Shown: positions 51,101-61,958 of the stretch, piece after piece
Numbering within the stretch: the first letter of the stretch is position 1
Layout: each line of letters begins with the position of its first letter
NCBI GenBank assembly: GCA_040954595.2
Contig: CM082585.2
Location: forward strand, 2,448,902-2,512,901
DNA from: Balanoglossus misakiensis
Taxonomy: Eukaryota; Animalia; Hemichordata
DNA: 64,000 nucleotides
Direction: 5' to 3'
Position numbers and translations under genes: made by a program
The notes under the pieces: generated by a model
Database searches by the model: none
The model's input: the letters and a program-made list of their open reading frames with translations, nothing else
Told to the model about the DNA's origin: nothing

Positions 51101-51951
51101 AACAAGTAATTTGTTTTGGTCTGTTTAACACTTGACGATACTGTGCTAACATTAGGCTTATCTAAAGGAATGATATGACTTTGAACAGGCAAGGGCGAGA
51201 ACATTCCGACAACAGTATTTTTCTTTATACAAACTTCAGATTCTAAAGTATTAACAACACGCACAGGAATAAATTTCTTGTCGGAATATGCCAAACTTCT
51301 CGCCATTAGAACACCAGGAGGTAATTTAGACCTCTTATCGTTAACACAACCTAGAATACCATTTCGAAATTTAGAAGACACTTTAGTTGTAAATATTGCT
51401 TCGCTATTTGGAGGAATTAAAACATTATTACTAGCCCTGACAGATACCTTTGATTTTAAATTTATACTATTGGTTTGGAAATTAACAACAGCACCATAAC
51501 GTCGCATAAAATCAACACCCAAAATTAAATCATGGCTGAGAGTGTCGACAAGGTTAACGTATAAAATTACCGTTTGATTCCCAACTTGAGCAGGTATTTT
51601 CATAAATCCCATCACATTTAGTTTACTTGCATCAGCAGTTTGAACAGAATGATAACGAGATTTATAAATTTGATATTTGCTCAGTTCAGGAACCATTTTC
51701 AACAGTCGGATTGGTGCGACAGTTATGTTTGCTCCGGTATTAATTAAAGAATGTACATCTCTTGAACAAATGGAAACAATAATCTTATTATCACTAAGAA
51801 TAGGGGTTTCATCAGATTGACCACTAGTGCCCCTTATGTCCTGCGCTCCCTTACGAGTCTGATTAAATCCAAATTGCGGCCGTTCACTGGGTGACTCAGC
51901 GGAACAAATATCCCAAGTGGGCCTTAATTGTTTAAATGAGCACGTCGACAA
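48139..51951 (-). pseudogene. pol: Gypsy pol (protease, RT, RNase H, integrase) with one in-frame stop at ~50755
   Basis: LINTGA (degenerate DTG), WRFCTDFRQLN*, YIDD, YTDCS, TDHSNL, H-x4-GGH..C..C, DIVGP, SDQGSNF, NGLTER. The last residues come from the inserted HINE. Confidence 0.93.
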
Positions 51952-52988
51952 TTTCGTGCGATATGCCCAGGTTGTTTACAAGAATAACAAATTCGAGTAT
52001 CAAAATATCTGCGGGAGTTACTAGGACAATTGGGAGCACTATGACCTATTTGACGACAATTAAAGCATTCTACCTGAGCATTTCGTATTGCTCGTCCTCC
52101 ATAGGTAGCAGGTGGTCGTCTTGCGTAGTTGGCAGGTGGTCGTCTTGCGTAGTCGGCAGGTGGTCGCCTCTGTTCTGAACGTCGGTCCCCTGGATGTTGC
52201 GGTTTCTGGTCTGCTCTGCTCTGAAGGGTCTTGATCTCTTCAGATAAAGTGTTCAGGTGGCCGATGATCGCTCGGACGCCGGGGGTGGGTTCATCCTCGT
52301 CTGAGGGGAGCTTGGTGACAACTTCAGCTGTTTTGGCGTGTAGATACGCCGACGCAAAATCCTTAGGAGTCCGTCCCGCCACGAAGGCCTGTATTTTAGG
52401 TCTCAGGCCGTTCATGAAGAAAGACAGGAGCTCCCTGTCGGATTTTTGCGCCTTGTCGCTTTTATCTTTGAGCAAAGCTGCATATTGCTCGACCGACTGG
52501 CGGGGCTGCTGTCTAAGCTTGTATAGCTGTTGGTCGTACAGCCACATAGGGCCATACTTACCAAAGCGTTCCCGCAGCTTAGTTCCGATGGTCTCGAGGT
52601 CGTTCTTCACCTCGTCAGGCTGGCTCCGGAACCATCGTTCGGCCTCTCCGGCAAGGTATAGACCAATGCCGCTTCGTTTCTTGTCGTCCGCCCAGCCCCT
52701 GAAGTTGGCAAAGTCTAGGTATCTTTGCCACCACTGATGTACGTTTTCGTCTTCACGACCTCTGAAGGTTGCTGGTGATAAACCGTCTGAGCTATCAGTA
52801 CAAGCCAAACGGATTTCAGCCAGCTGGGCTTGTAAGATGCCCTGCCATTCAGCACCTTGTACTTCTGCCGCTTGTTCAGGAGCCGGTTGTTGTGGCTCTG
52901 CCTCAGCTTTCACTTCTGCCTCTAGTGGTAGTGGAAGTTGGTTATCTGCCATTCTGATGCTGTATCTCGTCCCACTACGTGTTGTCAT
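51924..52988 (-). CDS. gag: Gypsy gag with two CCHC zinc knuckles
   Basis: CFNCRQIGHSAPNC and CYSCKQPGHIARNC; retrotransposon gag core (F.G...E...W, LYLAGEAERWF, LRQ....SVEQY). Start codon inferred from the PBS position. Confidence 0.9.
   Translation of the reverse strand: MTTRSGTRYSIRMADNQLPLPLEAEVKAEAEPQQPAPEQAAEVQGAEWQGILQAQLAEIRLACTDSSDGLSPATFRGREDENVHQWWQRYLDFANFRGWADDKKRSGIGLYLAGEAERWFRSQPDEVKNDLETIGTKLRERFGKYGPMWLYDQQLYKLRQQPRQSVEQYAALLKDKSDKAQKSDRELLSFFMNGLRPKIQAFVAGRTPKDFASAYLHAKTAEVVTKLPSDEDEPTPGVRAIIGHLNTLSEEIKTLQSRADQKPQHPGDRRSEQRRPPADYARRPPANYARRPPATYGGRAIRNAQVECFNCRQIGHSAPNCPSNSRRYFDTRICYSCKQPGHIARNCRRAHLNN
51930..51936 (-). promoter_or_regulatory. Putative -1 ribosomal frameshift heptamer U UUA AAC at the gag/pol overlap
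   Basis: TTTAAAC just before the gag stop; pol is in a different frame. Confidence 0.65.
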
Positions 52989-53009
52989 CAACGAGTTTGC
53001 TTCGATACC

Positions 53010-53027
53010 CGTCGGACTTCTCCACCA
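53010..53027 (-). promoter_or_regulatory. Primer binding site (TGGTGGAG..., tRNA-Ala-like)
   Basis: TGGTGGAGAAGTCC begins 2 nt after the LTR end ...CGTAACA. Confidence 0.7.
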
Positions 53028-53211
53028 AATGTTACGGTTGGTCCAGATGGTACTCCAACTTTGCAGTAGCAAAGAGGTGTACAGGATCTACCAAAGTAGA
53101 GACTCGTTGAGACTGGATGTAGTGGGAGTCAGAATGCTTTATTTCTGGTGCAAAGGCTTTACAACACACGGTTGTCTGCAAGATGGTTGTTCTACCCAAA
53201 AGCAAGAAATT

Positions 53212-55460
53212 GGAGTTATGCTGCAATATAGTGCGGAAAATTTCCGCCTTTTTCGAGTACACATCATGATGGCGAATGGTTCACAAAGGCTAACCTTTTA
53301 CCTGAAGGTGTTAACTGATGTTGGTTCGAGACCACTCTTTTATTTCTTTTTTTCGTGAGAACTTTTAACGACATTATCATTGTAATTTTTATTATTTTCA
53401 TATATCCAATTTATTTCAATACCTACGCTGCGTTTTTAGGCCGTAATAAAACGTTTTTATCGCCGAGGAGTGAATAAAGAACGGTCAGATCGCTGCGGTG
53501 CAGAGAAATCTTATTTACACCGCTGCGTTGCAGGGAACTCTTATTTGCACTGTTACGGCTGGTCCAGATGGTACTCTAACTTTGCAGTAGCAAAGAGGTG
53601 TACAGGATCTACCAAAGTAGAGACTCGTTGAGACTGGAAGTAGTGGGAGTCAGAATGCTTTATTTCTGGTGCAAAGGCTTTACAACACACGGTTGTCTGC
53701 AAGATGGTTGTTCTACCCAAAAGCAAGAAATTACAGAGTTTATATGTCTTTGAGAAAGAAGAGAAATCAAAGATTCATCATAGTGTGATTCTCATTGTCC
53801 AATTACAACTTTACAACACATCGGCATATTCTTGATCGTCCAATTACAAAATTATTACACACTGAAATATCCTTCGGATTGGCTGTCGGTTCTCAAAGAA
53901 GAAATTATCTCTGTCAAGATCACGACCAACTGAAGGTGATCGAATACAAGGACTAGCAACCATCGTATGCAAACATCTCCTCCCTCGTATTTTAATAATA
54001 TAGAGGTACATTACGTAAAATATGTAATTAAAACTCATTCGTTGATTGAAATTCCCAGGTCTCATTATTTGTAAGGTACTCGATATCTCCAAGGTAATTA
54101 AATGTTGTGGCTATTAATTAATGTCTTACCTAAAAGTATTTGACCTCTATACATGGAGTTATTGACCTCTATACACAGAGTTACTAATCTAATTGGAAAT
54201 TAATCATAGAAATTACAATTCTTTATTATGAGCGAAATTCTTAATTTTCCTATTTTTATATATCGTAACAGCACCGCTGCGGTGCAAATAAGATCATTTG
54301 AGTTATGCTGCAATATAGTGCGAAAATTTCCGACTTTTTCGAGTACACATCGTGATGGCGAATGGTTCAGAAAAGCTAGCCTTTTACCTGAAGGTGTCAA
54401 CTGATGTTGATTCGAGACCACTTCTTTTTCTATTTTTTTTTTCGTGAGAATTTTTAACGACATTATCAGTGTAATTTTTAGCATTTTCATAAAGCCAATT
54501 CATTTCAATATCTACGCTGCGTTTTTTATCTGTCGGGCATAAGAAACATGCAGGGAAACTTGGTCATTTTTTTGTCGCGGTTCACTTGGGCAAGTGTGAA
54601 TACGGAGTGCTCAGCAGAGAGAAAGATAAACTCGCTAAAACCGTGTCTTTCCGTCCGCATGACCAACCAAGGAGCGAAAAAGTCGTTATTTAGGCCGTAA
54701 TAAAACGTTTTTGTCGCCTAGGAGGGAATAAAGAACGGACAGATCGTTGCTGTTCAGGGAACTGTTATTCGCACCACTGCGGTGCAGGGAACTGTTATTC
54801 GCACCACTGCGGTGCAGGGAACTATTATTTGCACTGCTGCGGTGCAGGGAACTCTCATTTGCACCGCTGCGGTGCAAATAAGATCATTGGAGTTATGCTG
54901 CAAAATAGTGCGAAAAATTTCCGACTTTTTCGAGTACACATCGTGATGGCGAAGGGTTCAGGAAGGCTACCCTTTTACCTGAAGGTGTCAACTGATGTTG
55001 GTTCGAGACCACTTTTTTGTGATAATGTTTAACGACATTATCAGTGTCATTTTTAGCATTTTCATAAAGCCAATTCATTTCAATATCTACGCTGCATTTT
55101 TTATCTGTAGGGTATAAGAAACATGCAGGGAAACTTGGCCATATTTTGTCGCGGTTCACTTGGGCAAGTCTGAATACGGAGTGCTCAGGAGAGAGAAAGA
55201 TAAACTCACCAAAAACCGTGTGTTTCTGTCCGCATGACCAACCATGGAGCGAAAAATTCGTTATTTATGTCGTAATAAAACGTTTTTGTCGCCGACGAGT
55301 GAATAAAGAACTGTCAGATCGTTGCGGGGCAGGGAACTCTTATTCGCACCGCTGCGGTGCAGGGAACTCTTATTTGCACCGCAGCAGTGCAAATAACATC
55401 ATTGGAGTTATGCTGCAAATAGTGCGAAAAATTTGGACTTTTTGGAGTACACATCGTGAT
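53212..55460. repeat. Complex tandem repeat (~370-590-bp units) with a variable 30-bp subrepeat
   Basis: GAGTTATGCTGCA anchors at ~53212, 54300, 54890, 55405. Subrepeat CAGGGAACTCTTATTTGCACCGCTGCGGTG has a palindromic core. Confidence 0.85.
53551..54270 (-). mobile_element. Solo LTR (720 bp) of the same Gypsy family, TSD GCAC
   Basis: TGTTACG...CGTAACA termini with GCAC on both sides. The first ~180 bp match 53030-53211. Confidence 0.9.
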
Positions 55461-56508
55461 CAGTATCGTTTGCAGGCAATCGTTTACAGGTCGTAAGGTC
55501 ATACACTGTGAAAATTGATTCTCTTGTACGCGTTCACCCAAGCCGGCGAAAATGAAAAGATTTTACATAAAAAAAAAAACAGGCCAGCGATTTTCCTCTG
55601 TTTACAGGCGGAAATTTTTTGCTATACAGCCGGCTATTTTTCTGGCTTCCGACTATTTTCTACATCTCTGCTTTTAGCGAGGGCATGACCTTCTGTGGTC
55701 AGTATGGGACACTTGAGTGCGCGATTGCCTGCTTCTATAAATAACTAACATGATCTCTTACTTGGTCGCGCAAAAGGGGAAAAATAAGACCATATTCTCG
55801 TGATTTTTTCACTCTCAATTATTGGAGCCGTTCTGGCCATTTGCTACCGCAGGGTTACTGTTGAACTACAGGGCTCTTTAGAAAATATAATGGCACTAGT
55901 TCAAGGTGTGAACGACCCCGGTAATGAGTTGCTCATGAATATTCACGTCATATAACATGAGAGGAGGTATACTATGCGAATGCGAGGTCGGGGGAACCGC
56001 GTGCGGTACTGCCTACTTGAAAATGACATCTTCCCTAATTTGGCGAAATTCCGGGAAGATAAATATATAGGATGAAATCAGTCGATGGAACCAGATCAAA
56101 TCCAAAATGGTCTGACATCAAATGTCGAAATGGCATGTTTGCTGATCGACCGTAAGAAAGTGACCAGAGCCCTGCGATGTCCGTATTGTATTGATCACGC
56201 GTAATCCCAATCATCTCGCGAGATTGATGCGTCATCGCTATAAGCATTCTCGGTCACATGTACACCGTTTCCAATGTAAACAAACCCGCGCATCATTTCA
56301 AGTGTTACGGGCAATATTTTCGGCTTGCATGTAGCTACAACTGCCCAAACCTTTCTTACATCTTCATTATGTAGTATTCCATGATGAATGTACAGGAAAA
56401 ACGGGCTTTTTCGATGATGAAAAATGGATACACACGAGAAATACTGGGGCTTTAAACCATCAAAATGTTATAATTTCAACAGGTACAAGTAAACAATCTG
56501 AATATTTT

Positions 56509-57797
56509 AAAAAATAGCGTCAAGGACACTGTGGTCCCATTTGAGGACATAGCACATAGCAACATAGCAATAAGCATATCTGCTCTGGATGCCAAGATAT
56601 GGAAAAGTAGGTCAAAGGTCACCTGAGGTCATGCAAAATTTGGGCAAGAAATTTGGACCCTATACTGGTCCATGTTCAACAAAAACCAAACCTATAGCTC
56701 TATTGGTTAGCCTGGAATTAGGTATGCACATAATTAATGAGATACGCAGGTGTCACAGGTGACCCCCAATTGTTGCTTTTCAATTTTAGTCCCAACCCTC
56801 CAAACCCAAAGTCTGTACCTGCTCTGGATGCCAAGATATGATAAAGTAGGTCAAAGGTCACCTGAGGTCATGCAAAATTTGGGCAAGAAATTTTGACCTT
56901 ATACTGGTCCATGTTCAATAAAAACCAAACCTATAGCCTTATTGGTTAGCCTGGAATTAGGTATGCACATAATTAATGAGATATGCAGGTGTCACAGGTG
57001 GCCCCCAATTTTGGCTTTTCAATTTTAGTCCCAACCCTCCAAACGCCAAGTCTGTACCTGCTCTGGATGCCAAGATATAGGAAAGTAGGTCAAAGGTCAC
57101 CTGAGGTCACCCAAAATTTGGGCAAGAAATTTTGACCTCATACTGGTCCATGTCCCACAAGAACGAAACCTCTAGCCCTATTAGTTAGCCCGGAATTAGG
57201 TATGCACATAATTAATGTGTTAAGCAGGTGTTACAGGTGAGCCCAAAAATTTGCCTTTTATTTTGGCCCCATTGTGCTCACTGACCAATAGACAGTCACT
57301 GTACAGGACTATTGCACAGACCAGAATTCCACAGTAAGACGTGGACATAGCTTAACCATAGAGGTATAAGTAAAGGTATAAATTTAATAAAAAGACTAAA
57401 AAATTCATAAAAAATAAAACATCCATGATATCACCTGAACACTTACAGGTCGGTGTGAGGTTGACATAAGGTACATGCATACCAATTTTCAAAGAAATCT
57501 GACCAGTAATTATTGACTTACAGAGTTTTGATCAATTTCACATTTTACAGGCTAATTTGCATATTTTTGGGCCTGGCAACTTCGTTTGGACAAACTCCCA
57601 TCTACAGCCCTGCCTGCACCTACACACCAAATATTGAGGTGATACGCGTAGCGGTTTTCAAGTTTTTGATGTGGACGGACATACAGACATACATCCATAC
57701 ATCCATACATACATCCATCCATCCATACATACATACAGACGCAACCCATCCCATAAGGTCCCATGGTATATAGGCCTATACCAATGGGACCTAAAAA
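56509..57797 (-). mobile_element. HINE/DINE-1-like element, near-identical inverted copy of 12078-13600 with one fewer 239-bp unit
   Basis: Same termini and interior in reverse; array anchors at ~56747, 56986, 57225. Confidence 0.88.
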
Positions 57798-57864
57798 TCA
57801 AGTAATTATGAAAATATAGTGTAGAGTAATGTGAAGTTATTTATTAGCAGAAATGTAATTTTTC

Positions 57865-59950
57865 ATGTATGGTTTTTGTTTGTTTAGTGAAGTCATGAAA
57901 AGAGAAAAGGTGTTTGCGGGAGCTGTGACAGATATTGTTGAGTACAACATGTCACTGAGAAAAGCAGCTGCAAAGTGGGGAGTAAAGCGGTCAATACTGA
58001 GTGACAGAGTCACTGGAAAAGTTTACATTGATAGACGTAAAGGGCCACCACAAATACTTACAACGGCAGAGGTAAAGAAACTAGCAGAATGGATCATCAG
58101 TATGGGTCAAGGAGGATTTGGTGTCAGTAAAAATAGATTATTCCAGACTGTGAAAGCTATTCTGGACAAGGACAAAAGAGACACCATTTTGAAAAATAAA
58201 GAACCTCAAAATTTTCCCGGTGATCGATGGTACAGGTCCTTCCTGAAGAGGAATCCATTGATGAAACTTGTAAGTACCAGAAACCTGGATTTGAAACGTG
58301 CCAAGGTGACCCAGAGGGAGGTGGCTGAGTGTTTTGGAGAGTATGAGAAGTTTATTTCGGATCATGATTTGCTCAACAAGCCAGCTCAGATCTGGAATTG
58401 GAATGAATCTGGTTTCTGTATGCAAGTAAAGACTGGGAAAGTGCTTGGACCAGCAAGAAACAGAAGTGGTGCCCTTCCCCAAATAACAGCAAACAGCAAG
58501 ACTCAAATAACTGTCTTGGCCTGTATCAACGCTGTTGGTGGGTCAATTCCACCTTACCACTTGTTCCCATTGAAGACCGTTCCACGATCATGGAATCCAT
58601 TGTCGGGAGGAATTGAAGGAGCCAGCTGCTATTTCACAGAAACTGGCTGGATGGAAACTGAGACGTGTTATGCATGGCTTGCAAACCAATTTATTCCAAA
58701 CTTAACGGCAATAAGACCTGTAGTGCTATATTTTGACAGCCACATCTCTCATTTGGATTTCGAAATATTCAAGCTTGCAAAAGAGCACAACATCTTGCTA
58801 TACCGACTTTTGCCGAACGCATCACATTTCCTGCAACTGTGTGATGTCCCTCTCTTTGGTCCCTTGAAAGCTGCATGGGTCACCACAGTCAGGGAATTCA
58901 TGGCGGAAAGTCCTGGCGAAGAGGTCACCCAAAAGACTTTTGCCAGGGTGTTCAGATCTGCATGGCAACGTGGTGCAACGTGATGAATATAACCAACAGT
59001 TTTCTGAGATCAGGAATATATCCAATCAATAGCTCAAACATTCCAAGTGATATGCTGCTCCCTTCAACTACTTTTCAAGATTGCACGGCCGATAAAGATG
59101 TTGAGGAAAGCCAGATGGAGACACGGGCAGCAGTGAAGAACACCATCAACAGTACACCATCAACAGTCTCTTGGAAATGGTTGAAGAGGTAATGACTACA
59201 CCTGAGAAGGAAAAGTACCGAAAACGAATTGAAGAGGGCTACGACTTGCCTGGCAGTCCATCATTCCGAATCAAGCCCATAGTATTGAAAGTGGAGCTGC
59301 TACGTCTTCACACTCATCTGATAACGACAAAGGTGTGTCTGCAGAGTCCAACACAGCAATAGATTCCTCTGCCACAAGCAACACCAGTGTCACATCAAAC
59401 CAATCAGTTGCCAGCAAAGCAGCCCCATCATCTGACTGTACAAGTACACCAGTCACCTCAAGTTACAGGAAAATTACAGGCACAACACCACCATGTAATA
59501 AAGTATCTCCAGTCCTAGATTAAGTGCTCTCTTATCCGGAAATTGGGAAGAGAAAGAAAAAGCCTGGAGCAAAAAGTGTTCTTCAGCATCTTCCAAACTT
59601 CTTAAATGATCCGAGTGCCAAAAAGGTCTACCAGGAAGAACATCTAAAACATCTTTGTCAAATCAAAGAAAGGCAAGACCGGTTGCGGCAAAAAAGCAAG
59701 CAAAAGAAGCAGCGAGAAGAAACCGTAGCTAAGAAAAGACTCGAGAGAGAATAAAAAGGAGAGAGAGAGAGAGAGAGAAAGGAAGAAGAAAGAAAAAGAG
59801 GTGATGAAGTGGGCAACTGCACGTATGCCATCAGCAACAAACACAAGGAAGAGGCGCCGTCTTGACTTCCATGACAACAAATAACGTGACTGTTGTAAAG
59901 TGTGCCATGTGCCCTTTGGTGATGATGAATGCATGTTATGGCTACAGTTC
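57865..59950 (+). pseudogene. pogo/Tigger (CENP-B-like, DDE_1) transposase, decayed
   Basis: HTH-psq (MSLRKAAAKWGV), CENP-B-type HTH, QIWNWNESGF (D to N), YFDSHISH, LQLCDVPLFGPLK. Frameshifts after 58980. Confidence 0.85.
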
Positions 59951-61958
59951 GAGAAAAGTGCTGGGGGCTGCGACTGGTAGATGCATGTATCATGTATTTA
60001 GGCTAAGCAAAAACTTTTTTGTCATTTTTTACACCAAAAACGTGGGGAAAATGAGAAAATTTCAAAAATTTACATGATATTGAAGGTGTTACCAATCTTT
60101 AGGGATTTGATTTCAAAGGGGAAAATGGGGTGAGGGGTCAACTTAGGTTGGTCTGGTTAGGCATTACTGTCCCTTCAAAGAGCATATATTGCCTTTTTAA
60201 ATCATATCAGAAGTCCGAGTTCAGATTTGCTGCATTTTGGTCACGTGACGTGACGTCACAGGAGGTTCCCCTCAGGTAGATCAGCTTTAGCGATGCTCAC
60301 AGGTGTGATGCGTTGTTTTCGTGCTTTTCTCTGTAATACCACAATGGGAAAGGGAGTTGTTTGCCGTGGTTGCAGCAACACATTACCTAGACGGGAGTCA
60401 CCCGTGTGAGTTCCACAAAAATGAATGAAAGTCTATGCCACGATCATCAACATCGTACGGTGTATATGAAGTCGGCGCGGTGCCGGTGACGGCCGTGGCG
60501 GTAACTGTCAATGCATGACCGTTGAATGATAATCGGCCAGGTTCGAATCACAAGAAGACAATCAGCACCCTTACAGGAAAATAGAAGCCTGTCAGTAGGA
60601 GAGGTTGACCAGTGATCAATATTCAATTCAGAGCACAACTGATCGTTTATACCCGATATTGGTGTTCATTCAGTGTTCCAGCGACCGCGATTACACAGTT
60701 GTAGGTGAACTGGCAGGATGCGTAAACACAATTTTGCGCTGGCCGACATCATGTCGAGATTGCTTATAATTATTCACTCTTTTGTCTGGCTACCCGGTAC
60801 CCAGGGACCGCAAACTTCGATAATTAAGGTTGACAGCAATCAATGTAAAAACTTGAAAGTTCAAAATATTACTGTTACTATTTCACATTTCTTTCAGTCA
60901 TACCTTTGTATGGCTTCGGCTGAATGGTCGCCATCTTTCTTTTCTAATTTCTTTGTTTACAAGTTTTACGTCGCACTATGTCCGACTCATCGGCTCCAAA
61001 ACACACTGTACAAATTTTGAAACAAAGTGTGTTGAATAAATTTTGCTTCGTGTGAGTGAAAACCGTTTCCAAACTTGGATATTCGTGTGTATCAATGAAA
61101 ATGTTTCATGCTTTGTGAGCGTGAGTGGGTCGCCCCGGCACGATCGCCTGTTGCTGTTGGTTGTATGGTTTCATTTTGTTATAATGCAGTATGAAGCATG
61201 TGAAGGAACTTTCATGATTACAGCGACAAGTCATAAATGTTTCTGTTTGTCATCACCAAAAAGGCATATAGCTTACATGTAATTCAGAAGACAGAATTTT
61301 AGTGCTGGCATGGTACATATACATCGCGGCGCGATATGTGTCATCGCTGCTGACTGCGTGTACACGCATCGGCGCTGATGGAGTTCCCTTGTAATAACAC
61401 GAGCGTATTTTGTCTGTTGAGGCAGTGATCGAAAATCGCCAAAAGACCACGATCAGTTATCAATAAGTTGACATTGTCCAAGATAAGTAGATTTAGACCC
61501 AGCACTCTAGACCTAAACCTCTGGGCAATATTCCACGGTTTAATCGAGGCAGCAATCATTGTATGTGTAGGGCGCCTATACACATCCGCTGCCATTGCAT
61601 GTTGTGTACTGCTTGCAATGTGTAGCCGTAGCCTAGCCGGGCCGAGTAGTTTTTTTTCATAATCGCATCTCCCCTAGATGATAAGGTATACATGTACGTT
61701 TATTTTGAAGGGGACGGGGGATACAGAGTTGTACCCAGGCTGACACAGCAAAGCTGTTTAGATCACAGACATGTATGATTGCATTTCAACCACTGCAATG
61801 TACAGTGCTAAGTCTGTTGCAAACGTAAATGGGTTCCTCTTGTGACGTCACGGGTATGGGCGTGGCCCAAACAGAAGTTTTTTTCTCAGGCCCTGAACAT
61901 TTTTAAATTTAACATTTATTTGTCCATATGAAATAAATAAAAGAACAACAGTATTTAA

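Larger units (their letters stand above)
48160..53211 (-). mobile_element. Ty3/Gypsy LTR retrotransposon: partial 5' LTR, PBS, gag, pol; 3' end missing
   Basis: Domain order PR-RT-RH-IN; LTR remnant 53030-53211; PBS adjacent. Confidence 0.95.

Noticed and set aside
52231-53358. Plus-strand ORFs of 168 and 173 aa
   Set aside because: Antisense shadows of gag and LTR, with no independent motifs.
53030-54270. Treating 53030-53211 and 53551-54270 as the paired LTRs of one provirus
   Set aside because: Both lie on the same side of gag-pol, and the second has its own TSD, so it is a solo LTR.
54730-54880. 30-bp palindromic repeats resembling a CRISPR array, and ORFs 54686-54939
   Set aside because: Head-to-tail minisatellite without spacers; the ORFs are translations of the repeat.
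60340-60480. Possible THAP-domain remnant (MGK..C..GCSNT) of a Kolobok-like element; similar weak signal near 27190-27280
   Set aside because: Too short and frameshifted to support without a profile search.
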